Positions 1-8,687 of a stretch of DNA of 64,000 nucleotides are shown in pieces. A program made the translations under genes and the position numbers. A model generated the notes under the pieces. The model made no database searches. It had not been told where the DNA came from and was given only the letters and a program-made list of their open reading frames with translations. Within the stretch, counting starts at the first letter, position 1. Each line of letters begins with the position of its first letter. Origin of the DNA: a virus (lineage: Duplodnaviria; Caudoviricetes); the IMG/VR virus record IMGVR_UViG_3300042383_000245, positions 1,287 through 65,286 of that record; one strand, written 5' to 3'.

Positions 1-156
1 GATGGACGACGACTCACGGGTCGAGTGGCCGACCGCAAAGCTGTTCGCGACCAAAGAAATTCAGAGCATGCTCGGTGTGGCATTCACGTTCACCGGAAAG
101 CAAGCCGACGAGATGTACGAGTACCTTCACAGAGTAAGACTAGAGATAGACAAGTT

Positions 157-348
157 ATGACACCATACGAAAGAGCGTTACAACTAAAGGAGAGTTTCAA
201 TCACGCATTGACAACGAGAGATTGTGCGATGGTTTGCGTTAATGAGCTGATAGAAGTTGCTCTCTGGGCGGGTGACATTGACGGCGAGATTGAAGAGGGC
301 TCAAAGGAATACTACGTGATAGTGAAAGAAGAACTTAGAAAATTATGA
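157..348 (+). CDS. hypothetical phage protein
   Basis: ATG at 157 overlaps the stop (ATGA) of an upstream partial ORF ending at 160; same frame as track ORF 25..348. Confidence 0.6.
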   Translation: MTPYERALQLKESFNHALTTRDCAMVCVNELIEVALWAGDIDGEIEEGSKEYYVIVKEELRKL

Positions 349-542
349 GCGACATAACTAAATGCGATGGCGATGAATGCCCAATGAAAGAAAGCTGTTA
401 CCGATTTACAGCACCAGCAAGTGAGTACCAGTATTACTTTACCGAGTCTCCGATCAAGGACGGCAAGTGCCACATGTACTGGGGAGAGGTACAGCAGTCA
501 ATAATGGACGCACTTCAAGACATTGTCAATGGTAAGCCTTGA
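345..542 (+). CDS. small Cys-rich hypothetical protein
   Basis: 65 aa, DITKC-x4-CP-x4-CYR pattern common in phage small proteins; ATGA overlap with upstream gene. Confidence 0.65.
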   Translation: MSDITKCDGDECPMKESCYRFTAPASEYQYYFTESPIKDGKCHMYWGEVQQSIMDALQDIVNGKP

Positions 543-834
543 CCTTGGAGGGTGCACGGCTATGCAGTACGCGTCGCTAGTCCTCATCGAGGACATGGGC
601 TACTCCTACGGGAAGGCCGGCATTAAACTTGGCATATCACGCTATGCCGCATTTCAATTATACAAACGAGCAAAACTTAAATTAAATGAAAAACGTAACA
701 ATATTCAAAAGTATCAAGGATACTTCGGCTCCGTTCTACAGGTCAGTAGAGTACATAATCCACCGCATCAGGGAGGGGAAGTCGAAGGACATCGTAAAGA
801 GGATCAGAGAGGAGAAGGACAAGGACAAGCGTAA
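523..834 (+). CDS. putative HTH (sigma70 region 4-like) DNA-binding protein
   Basis: GYSYGKAGIKLGISRYAAFQLYKRA resembles an HTH; the 3' part overlaps the primase gene, so the true extent is uncertain. Confidence 0.4.
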   Translation: MSMVSLDLGGCTAMQYASLVLIEDMGYSYGKAGIKLGISRYAAFQLYKRAKLKLNEKRNNIQKYQGYFGSVLQVSRVHNPPHQGGEVEGHRKEDQRGEGQGQA

Positions 835-3082
835 CCTAATCAAGAAGGAGCTTCCGGCCATCTGCTTCTCCGGTGAGTTCACACGCAGGGAAGACTCTGC
901 ACTGGTCAACCACTCTGGCGTTATCTGCCTCGACTTTGATGGCTTTGCCAAGAAGTCAGACATGCTGGCCAAGAAGGACGAGTTCACCAAGGACAAGTAC
1001 ACCCTGTCTGTGTTCATCTCTCCATCTGGTGACGGGCTCAAGTTGCTGGTCAAGATACCGGCAGACGAGAACAAGCACAAGACATACTTCAAGGCACTCG
1101 AGAAGTACTACAACTGCGAGCAGTTCGACAAGACATCAAAGAACATCAGCCGTGTCTGCTACGAGTCTTACGACCCGTTGATCTACCACAACCCAGACTC
1201 CAAGGAGTGGGACAAGTTGGCAGAGGAGGAGTTCGAGCCGATCGAGAGGCCGGCCAACAGGAAGACCATCACCGTAACCGACCAGAACGAAATCATCAGA
1301 CGCCTTCGCATGTGGTGGGACCGCGAGTACGGCATCGTGGTTGGGGAGAGAAACCAGAACATCTACGTGCTGGCTGCCGCCTTCAACGACTTTGGTGTCA
1401 ACAAGGAGCTGGCCACCTACGTGCTTGGGGAGTTTGCCCACGACGGATTCCCGCTGTCTGAGATCAGAACGACGATCGACAGCGCCTACCGCAAGGAGAT
1501 GAACTTCGCCACCAAGTACTTCGAGGACAGAGATGCCATCGACAACGTTCGCCGTCAGATAAAGAAGGGCGTGCCAAAAAAGGATATCCGTCAACAGCTG
1601 AGAGAGTCCGGTCTGAATGACGAGATAACCGACGCCGTAATGGTGAAGATCGAAGAGGACTCATCAAGCAAAGAATTTTGGACCAAGTCCTCCAAGGGCG
1701 TGGTCTCTGTAGTGCACTACCTATTAAAAGAATTTTTAGAAGACCATGGCTATTTCAAGTATTCACCGGAAGGTACAAAGAATTATATTTTCGTTAAGGT
1801 TACGAACAACCTTATATCGAATACGACTGAAGATGAAATCAAAGACTTCGTTCTAGACTACCTGTTTAAGATGGACGACCTGTCGATCTACAACCACTTC
1901 GCCGACAAGACACGCTACTTCAAGGAGGACTTCCTGTCGCTTCTTTCTCCGGTCGACGTGTACTTTGTGGAGGACGACAAGGAAAATGCCTACCTGTACT
2001 ACCGCAACTGCGCCGTAAAGGTGACGTGCAACGACATTACCATGATTGACTACGTCGACCTCGGTGGCTACGTGTGGAAGGACCAAGTGATTGACAGAGA
2101 CTTCCAGATCTGCGACGCCTACGAGTGTGACTTCAAGACGTTCATCAGCAACGTGTCTGGCGGCGAGAAGGAACGCATCCGCTCTGTTGAGAGTACGATT
2201 GGTTTCTTGCTACACAGCTACAAGAACCTTGGCTACTGCCCAGCGGTCATCATAAACGACGAGGTGATCACGGATAACCCAGAGGGAGGAACAGGTAAGG
2301 GCCTGTTCATGAACGCCATCTCACGGATGAAGAAGTCAGCGGTGATCGACGGTAAGAGCTTCAACTTTGAGAGGAGCTTTGCATACCAGACCGTGTCGAC
2401 CGACACGCAGATCATTGTGTTCGATGACGTGAGACGCAACTTTGACTTCGAGCGCTTGTTCTCTATCGTAACCGAGGGGATCACGCTTGAGAAGAAGAAC
2501 AAGGACGCCATCAAGATTCCGTTCCACAAGTCGCCGAAGGTGGTCATCACCACCAACTACGCGATCAAGGGAAAGGGCAACTCATTCGAGCGACGCAAGT
2601 GGGAGCTGGAGTTCAAGCAGTACTACAGCAAGGACTTCACGCCACAGGTTGAGTTTGGCCGTCTGTTGTTTGAAGACTGGAACGAAGACGACTGGTGCAA
2701 GTTTGACAACTACATGGTCAACAACTTGAAGAACTACCTCTGCTTCGGCTTTATCAGATCAGACTTTAAGAACTTGAAGACGCGTAAGTTTATCGCCGAG
2801 ACGGACCACAACTTCTGGGAGTGGATGACAGACAAGGAGAACAAGTACGTGAAGGTCAACACCAAAATCTACAAGGAGGACGTCCACAAAGACTTCGTCA
2901 TGGACAATCCAGACTACGGTCAGCGCGGAAAGACATCGATCTCGTTGAACAAGTTCTACAAGTGGCTTGAGGCATTCGGCCTATTCTATACTGGAGAGAC
3001 TCCCGAGCAGGGACGCGACGGGTCTGGACGATGGATCAAGTTTGTACGCAGTGAACCAGAACAATCTGAATTTGAGTTTTAA
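686..3082 (+). CDS. primase-helicase (VirE-N/BT4734-like primase domain, PriCT-like domain, SF3 helicase)
   Basis: KKELPAICFSGEF...CLDFD...FISPSGDGLK N-terminal motifs; GERN primase C-terminal motif; Walker A EGGTGKG and Walker B IIVFDD. Confidence 0.85.
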   Translation: MKNVTIFKSIKDTSAPFYRSVEYIIHRIREGKSKDIVKRIREEKDKDKRNLIKKELPAICFSGEFTRREDSALVNHSGVICLDFDGFAKKSDMLAKKDEFTKDKYTLSVFISPSGDGLKLLVKIPADENKHKTYFKALEKYYNCEQFDKTSKNISRVCYESYDPLIYHNPDSKEWDKLAEEEFEPIERPANRKTITVTDQNEIIRRLRMWWDREYGIVVGERNQNIYVLAAAFNDFGVNKELATYVLGEFAHDGFPLSEIRTTIDSAYRKEMNFATKYFEDRDAIDNVRRQIKKGVPKKDIRQQLRESGLNDEITDAVMVKIEEDSSSKEFWTKSSKGVVSVVHYLLKEFLEDHGYFKYSPEGTKNYIFVKVTNNLISNTTEDEIKDFVLDYLFKMDDLSIYNHFADKTRYFKEDFLSLLSPVDVYFVEDDKENAYLYYRNCAVKVTCNDITMIDYVDLGGYVWKDQVIDRDFQICDAYECDFKTFISNVSGGEKERIRSVESTIGFLLHSYKNLGYCPAVIINDEVITDNPEGGTGKGLFMNAISRMKKSAVIDGKSFNFERSFAYQTVSTDTQIIVFDDVRRNFDFERLFSIVTEGITLEKKNKDAIKIPFHKSPKVVITTNYAIKGKGNSFERRKWELEFKQYYSKDFTPQVEFGRLLFEDWNEDDWCKFDNYMVNNLKNYLCFGFIRSDFKNLKTRKFIAETDHNFWEWMTDKENKYVKVNTKIYKEDVHKDFVMDNPDYGQRGKTSISLNKFYKWLEAFGLFYTGETPEQGRDGSGRWIKFVRSEPEQSEFEF

Positions 3083-4335
3083 TGGAAAATAAAATCACAT
3101 TAAGGCCATATCAGCAGGCTATCGTGGAAAAAACTTGCAAATTATTGAGGGATGCCCCTCGTTTTGCATATCTTTCCATGGAGGTTAGAACCGGTAAAAC
3201 ACTTACGGCACTGTCCACACTTGACTGTGCGGGCGGTGTTGCGAGTGTGCTCTTTGTAACGAAGAAGAAAGCGATCGAAGGAATCAAGAAAGACTACAAC
3301 GCTCTGGCTCCATCGTATAAGTGCGACTTCATAAACTACGAGAGCCTGCACAAGATAGTAGACATATGCTACGACGCGATAGTATTCGACGAGGCACATG
3401 GCATGGGAGCATTTCCCAAGCCATCGCTAAGAGCGATCGAGGCTAGGCGCTTAGTACATCACTGCGACCCGTATGTAATCTTCCTGTCTGGAACGCCATC
3501 GCCCGAGTCGTACTCGCAGATGTACCACCAGATGTGGATACTTGGATACCGGTCTCCGTTTGCCGAGCCGACGTTCTACAAGTGGGCACACAGCTACGTC
3601 AAGATATGGGAGCGGATGATCAACGGTTTTCGTGTACACGACTACTCCAATGGCATCCAAGAGAAGATCATGGCAGAGGTTAAGCCATACATGATCAGCT
3701 ACACGCAGAACGAGGCTGGCTTTACTTCCAAAGTAAACGAGCACGTGCTGAAGGTCAGGATGAGCAACACCACATATATGATCGCAGACAAGCTAAAGCG
3801 TGACCTGCTGTTCGAGGGCAAGGACGACTTGATACTCGCCGACACACCGGTCAAGCTCATGCAGAAACTGCACCAGATCTACAGCGGAACTGTCATCCTA
3901 GAGTCAGGAAAGTCTGTGGTTCTAGACAAGACCAAGGCTGAGTTCATCAAGGGGCGCTTTGCAGGAAAACGCATAGCGGTCTTCTACAAATTCCAAGAGG
4001 AGCTAAAATGCTTATTGTCTGTCTTTCAAGAAGATATGACCACCGATTTAGGAAAATTTCATGCAGGTGAGTGTAACAATTTTGCTATACAAATTGTCAC
4101 GGGGCGTGAGGGCATCTCTTTGAAGGAGGCAGACTTCTTGGTCTACTACAACATCGACTTCTCCGCAACGTCTTACTGGCAGAGCAGGGATCGCCTAACT
4201 ACGATGGACAGACTGGAGAATAACGTGTACTGGATCTTCGCGGAAGACGGCATTGAGGAGAAAATTTACAAGGTTGTTCAACAAAAAAAGCCTTACACCG
4301 TGTCGCATTTTAAGAAGGATTTATTATCTTTGTAG
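3082..4335 (+). CDS. SF2 (SNF2/DEAH-like) helicase
   Basis: LRPYQ Q-motif, RTGKT Walker A, DEAH, LSGTP, GREGISL, QSRDR motif VI. Confidence 0.85.
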   Translation: MENKITLRPYQQAIVEKTCKLLRDAPRFAYLSMEVRTGKTLTALSTLDCAGGVASVLFVTKKKAIEGIKKDYNALAPSYKCDFINYESLHKIVDICYDAIVFDEAHGMGAFPKPSLRAIEARRLVHHCDPYVIFLSGTPSPESYSQMYHQMWILGYRSPFAEPTFYKWAHSYVKIWERMINGFRVHDYSNGIQEKIMAEVKPYMISYTQNEAGFTSKVNEHVLKVRMSNTTYMIADKLKRDLLFEGKDDLILADTPVKLMQKLHQIYSGTVILESGKSVVLDKTKAEFIKGRFAGKRIAVFYKFQEELKCLLSVFQEDMTTDLGKFHAGECNNFAIQIVTGREGISLKEADFLVYYNIDFSATSYWQSRDRLTTMDRLENNVYWIFAEDGIEEKIYKVVQQKKPYTVSHFKKDLLSL

Positions 4336-4339
4336 TCCC

Positions 4340-4600
4340 ATGTTAGAATCTAAGCTGCAATCAAAGATGATCAAGCTTGCTGAGGATTCTGGGTGGTACG
4401 TCCTAAAACTTTTGAGCACAAACAAACCAGGGATCCCCGATCTGTACATGTATCGGGCGGGGAGAACTGTCTTTGTTGAGGTCAAGAGGGAGGGAGGGAA
4501 AGCCAGGCCACTGCAAGAGTATCGAATTAAGGAGCTGAACGCAATAGGGATCGAGGCACTAGTCTGCGATTCAATCGAAAAATTTAAAGAACTACTATGA
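4340..4600 (+). CDS. VRR-NUC domain nuclease
   Basis: MLESKLQ...GIPDL...FVEVK...RPLQEYR PD-(D/E)xK pattern; start moved to ATG 4340, 7 nt after TATCTTTG. Confidence 0.85.
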   Translation: MLESKLQSKMIKLAEDSGWYVLKLLSTNKPGIPDLYMYRAGRTVFVEVKREGGKARPLQEYRIKELNAIGIEALVCDSIEKFKELL

Positions 4601-4977
4601 AAAAGTTAATATCACAAGCACACCAAGTAGCCAAGGACAAAGGTTTTTGGGAAGGAGAAAGAAACAAGCCAGAGATGCTGATGCTCATCGTATCAGAAGT
4701 GGCAGAGGCCCTTGAAGCCTTGAGGAAAGATCACTACGCAGACAAGGCTGCCGTAGAATTATTATCAGACGACTTCTTCGCAAGGGGAGGCACAAAAGAA
4801 GAGTATGCAGAAATTTTTAGAAATAATGTTAAGTCTAGCTTCGAGGACGAACTGGCTGACGTGGCTATCCGTTTGTTTGATTTATGCGGTGGTCTTGACA
4901 TTGACCTTCACAATCACATTCAACTTAAAATGGCGTACAACAGTACGAGAGAGCATAAACACGGTAAGAAATTTTAA
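4597..4977 (+). CDS. MazG-like nucleotide pyrophosphohydrolase
   Basis: LIVSEVAEALEA...EDELADVAIRLFDLC...KMAYN acidic helix motifs. Confidence 0.8.
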   Translation: MKKLISQAHQVAKDKGFWEGERNKPEMLMLIVSEVAEALEALRKDHYADKAAVELLSDDFFARGGTKEEYAEIFRNNVKSSFEDELADVAIRLFDLCGGLDIDLHNHIQLKMAYNSTREHKHGKKF

Positions 4978-4980
4978 ACT

Positions 4981-6837
4981 ATGGAACTAGAAAAAGAAAT
5001 ACTATCGGACATCGTTGTATGGTCCAAGTACGCACGCTTCGTGCCAGAGCTGAACAGAAGAGAGACATGGAAAGAACTTGTTGACCGCAACAAGCAGATG
5101 CACTTGAAAAAGTTTCCTGACCTGTCGGTTACAATCGAGCGTGCCTACGAGTTGGTGTACGACAAGAAGATCCTTCCGTCCATGCGTTCGTTGCAGTTCG
5201 GTGGACGCCCCATCGAGGTAAACAATACCAGACTGTTCAACTGTTCGTACCTGTCGGTTAACGATTACCGTGCGTTCTCTGAGACAATGTTCTTGTTGTT
5301 GTGTGGAACTGGCGTTGGATACTCTGTACAGAGCTTCAACATAGACCAGTTGCCACCGATCACAAAGGCAACTAAGACACGCCGCTACCTAGTTGGCGAC
5401 TCTATAGAGGGATGGGCCGACGCAGTAAAGGTGTTAATAAAGGGATACTTGGGTCTTAGCTCTACCATCCCAGCGTTTGACTTCCGTGCTGTAAGACCAA
5501 AGGGCGAGCGATTGATCACCTCTGGTGGTGTAGCTCCGGGACCCGAGCCGTTGAAGATCTGCCTAATGCACATACAAGCTGTGCTTGACCGCAAGCAAGA
5601 CGGGGAGATGCTTACGTCATTGGAGTGTCATGACATCATGTGCTTTATCGCTGACGCGGTATTGAGTGGTGGTATCAGACGCAGTGCCATGATCGCTTTA
5701 TTTGACATCAGCGATGAAGATATGCTCACGTCTAAGTTCGGCAACTGGTGGGAACTTAACCCACAGCGTGCCCGTGCAAACAACTCGGCCATCCTAAACC
5801 GTGATAGTGTATCTAAAGAAGAGTTCATGTCGCTTTGGAAAAAAATTGAGCTGAGCAACTCTGGTGAGCCGGGCTTCTACTTCAGTGACAACGAGAACAT
5901 GGGCACCAACCCTTGCGCCGAGATCGCTTTGAACCCGTTCCAGTTCTGTAACTTGGTTGAGGTGAACGCCTCTGACATCAAGGACCAAGACGACCTTAAC
6001 GACCGCGTGTATTGGGCCGCTGTTATCGGAACCTTGCAGGCATCTTACACAGACTTTCACTACCTCCGCCCGATCTGGAAAGAGACCACAGAGAAAGAGG
6101 CATTGTTGGGCATCGGCATGACCGGTATCGCTAGCGGTGCGGTGATGAAGATGAACTTGCAAAATGCTGTGAACCAAGCCATTTACGCCAATGATACTAT
6201 CTCTGATGCTATCGGAATCAACAAGGCGGCTCGCATTACCTGTGTGAAGCCATCAGGTACCTCTTCCTTGGTGTTGGGTACTTCTTCTGGTATCCATGCA
6301 TGGCACGATGAGTACTACGTCCGCAGAATGCGTGTAGGAAAGAACGAGGCAATGTACACATACCTGTCACTGTACCATCCAGAGATGTTGGAGGACGACG
6401 TGTTCAAGCCAACACAGCAGGCGGTTATCTCTGTTCCTCAGTCAGCACCAGCTGGTGCCATCACTAGGAATGACGAGGGAGCGATCGAATTTTTGGAGCG
6501 TGTTAAGTACTTCCACCAGAACTGGATCACACCTGGTCACCGCAGTGGGGACAACACACACAACGTGAGTGCGACCGTTACGATGAAGAACGACGAGTGG
6601 CCATCAGTTGGGGAGTGGTTGTGGGAGAATAAGTCACACTTCAATGGTCTTTCGTTCTTGCCTGAGGACCTTGGAAGCTACGCACAGACACCATTCGAGA
6701 GCATCACAAAGCAGGAGTACGAGCAACTCGTTACAAATCTTAACGCCTTGAATGTCGCAAATATTGTAGAAATGAGCGACAACACAAAGTTGATGGATCA
6801 AGCCGCGTGCGCCGGTGGTAACTGCGAAATTGCATAA
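4981..6837 (+). CDS. nrdJ: class II (adenosylcobalamin-dependent) ribonucleotide reductase
   Basis: RRETW, PSMRSL, FNC, GGIRRSA, TNPCAEI catalytic motif, TCVKPSGT, C-terminal CAGGNC; no small subunit gene nearby. Confidence 0.88.
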   Translation: MELEKEILSDIVVWSKYARFVPELNRRETWKELVDRNKQMHLKKFPDLSVTIERAYELVYDKKILPSMRSLQFGGRPIEVNNTRLFNCSYLSVNDYRAFSETMFLLLCGTGVGYSVQSFNIDQLPPITKATKTRRYLVGDSIEGWADAVKVLIKGYLGLSSTIPAFDFRAVRPKGERLITSGGVAPGPEPLKICLMHIQAVLDRKQDGEMLTSLECHDIMCFIADAVLSGGIRRSAMIALFDISDEDMLTSKFGNWWELNPQRARANNSAILNRDSVSKEEFMSLWKKIELSNSGEPGFYFSDNENMGTNPCAEIALNPFQFCNLVEVNASDIKDQDDLNDRVYWAAVIGTLQASYTDFHYLRPIWKETTEKEALLGIGMTGIASGAVMKMNLQNAVNQAIYANDTISDAIGINKAARITCVKPSGTSSLVLGTSSGIHAWHDEYYVRRMRVGKNEAMYTYLSLYHPEMLEDDVFKPTQQAVISVPQSAPAGAITRNDEGAIEFLERVKYFHQNWITPGHRSGDNTHNVSATVTMKNDEWPSVGEWLWENKSHFNGLSFLPEDLGSYAQTPFESITKQEYEQLVTNLNALNVANIVEMSDNTKLMDQAACAGGNCEIA

Positions 6838-6892
6838 TAAAGCTGTCCAGTTTATTATGCAAAAAACTGGACAATAATTCGGTAATTCTCCG

Positions 6893-6930
6893 AAAAGTCC
6901 CACATTATTTGACAGTAGTGTGGGCTTTTT
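6893..6930 (+). terminator. intrinsic terminator after nrdJ (possibly bidirectional)
   Basis: AAAAGTCCCACATTAT / GTAGTGTGGGCTTTTT stem-loop with T-run. Confidence 0.7.
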
Positions 6931-7329
6931 CATTCATTAGTGCAGTAAAATGCATTAATGTATGAATAAGTGGTCATAAAGGGTACAAATTGCAGTAATT
7001 TGTGCTTTTTAAGACACATTATTTGTGATTTTATCACAAAAAACAACCATTAAAATGGTTAAAAATGCCCAAAACAGGGGTAAATAACCATTATAATGTG
7101 CATTTTGAGCAAATAAGAATTTTGCACAAGGTATTACTTTTCGATACTTTATGCATATCTTTGCACTTAGACCTAATGTCCCCACCTGCATACCGTTAGA
7201 TCTGCTCGTGGGGCTTTTTACACCTAACTATAATTCGGCAGAATTACTAACAATTGCCAGTAAATAGAAAAAGTGGCAAATGTTTGCACAAAAAATGCAC
7301 AAATTGCACAATTTATTTAATAAAAACAT

Positions 7330-7397
7330 TATATTTGCATTGTTCATATCTCGTTGGGGAACATTGGGGCTTGGCTCGTCCGGCCCCATTGTTTTTT
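7330..7397 (+). ncRNA. candidate small RNA or attenuating leader (promoter box followed by terminator)
   Basis: TATATTTG at 7330-7337, then about 55 nt ending in hairpin AACATTGGGGC/GCCCCATTGTT and a T-run. Confidence 0.4.
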
Positions 7398-7402
7398 AAA
7401 CC

Positions 7403-7588
7403 ATGAAATCCGAAAACAAAAACATCGCAAACTACGTCAACCACGTCATGAACGAGTTGAACTCACTGTCTACCGACCTTTATGAGGCCATGATGGACCA
7501 AGAAAATGACGAGGTCAAGAAGATCGTAGAGACAATGATACCCATCCTTAAGGATATCCAGTCGACCCACACAAATGAAATCGTATAA
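7403..7588 (+). CDS. hypothetical protein
   Basis: 61 aa helical ORF overlapping the next gene. Confidence 0.6.
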   Translation: MKSENKNIANYVNHVMNELNSLSTDLYEAMMDQENDEVKKIVETMIPILKDIQSTHTNEIV

Positions 7589-8687
7589 GCAAGAGGCTAT
7601 TGAGCTATTCAACGAGGGAAAGCTCAACAAGTCCCAGATCGCTAGGCAATTGAAGGCCAAGTACAATCTGCCGATGTCCGCAGAGACAGTGAGGAAAGAG
7701 GTTTGTAGGCAAGTAGGTAAACACAAGGCACTCGTTCAAGAGTGTGAAACGTTGGGAATACCATCAGAACAAGTAAAACATTACTGGCACAAAGGGAAAC
7801 ACTTCTCTATCAATGTCAAGGGATCTGACGCTCCGTCATACGAGGAGATCCGTGACGAGATGATCGAGCAGATGTCCAAGTACTCACCGCAGTACCAGTA
7901 CATCCACAGGAGTCAGAGCCGTGACGGACACCTATTGGTATTGGACCCAGCTGACATACACATCGGAAAGCTCGCTAGTTCTTTTGAGACCGGCGAGGAG
8001 TACAACAACCAGATCGCTGTACAGCGTGTAAAGGAAGGCGTTAAGGGCATCTTGGACAAGACCGCAGGGTTCAACATCAACAAGATCCTTTTCATCGCAG
8101 GAAACGACATCCTACACATTGACACGCCAAGAAGGACCACCACGTCTGGAACGTTCCAGGACACGGACGGCATGTGGTACGACAACTTCTTGATCGCAAA
8201 ACAGCTATACATTGAGTTATTGGAGATGTTGGTTACGGTTGCAGACGTTCACTTCTGCTTCAACCCGTCAAACCATGACTACACCAATGGTTTCTTTTTG
8301 GCCGACACGATTCAGTCTTGGTTCTCTAAGAGTGAAAACATTACCTTCGACTGCTCTATTGCACACAGAAAGTACTACACTTACGGGGACAACATGATTG
8401 GGTCAACACATGGAGATGGTGCCAAGGCACAGGACTTGCCGTTATTGATGGCACAAGAAAGTCCACAGTCATGGGCACAGACCAAGCATCGCTATGTGTA
8501 TACACACCACGTGCACCACAAGACGTCCAAGGACTACATCGGTGTTACTGTGGAGAGTCTACGTTCACCGTCTGGGACAGACAGCTGGCATGACCGAAAT
8601 GGTTACAAAGGTGCTCCCAAGGCGGTGGAGGGATTCCTCCACCACCCAGAGCACGGGCAGATCGCTAGGATCACCCACATATTCTAG
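7575..8687 (+). CDS. calcineurin-like metallophosphoesterase with N-terminal HTH
   Basis: DIHIG, GND, SNHD, HGD and HxHH metal-binding motifs; N-terminal NKSQIARQL helix-turn-helix-like segment. Confidence 0.8.
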   Translation: MKSYKQEAIELFNEGKLNKSQIARQLKAKYNLPMSAETVRKEVCRQVGKHKALVQECETLGIPSEQVKHYWHKGKHFSINVKGSDAPSYEEIRDEMIEQMSKYSPQYQYIHRSQSRDGHLLVLDPADIHIGKLASSFETGEEYNNQIAVQRVKEGVKGILDKTAGFNINKILFIAGNDILHIDTPRRTTTSGTFQDTDGMWYDNFLIAKQLYIELLEMLVTVADVHFCFNPSNHDYTNGFFLADTIQSWFSKSENITFDCSIAHRKYYTYGDNMIGSTHGDGAKAQDLPLLMAQESPQSWAQTKHRYVYTHHVHHKTSKDYIGVTVESLRSPSGTDSWHDRNGYKGAPKAVEGFLHHPEHGQIARITHIF

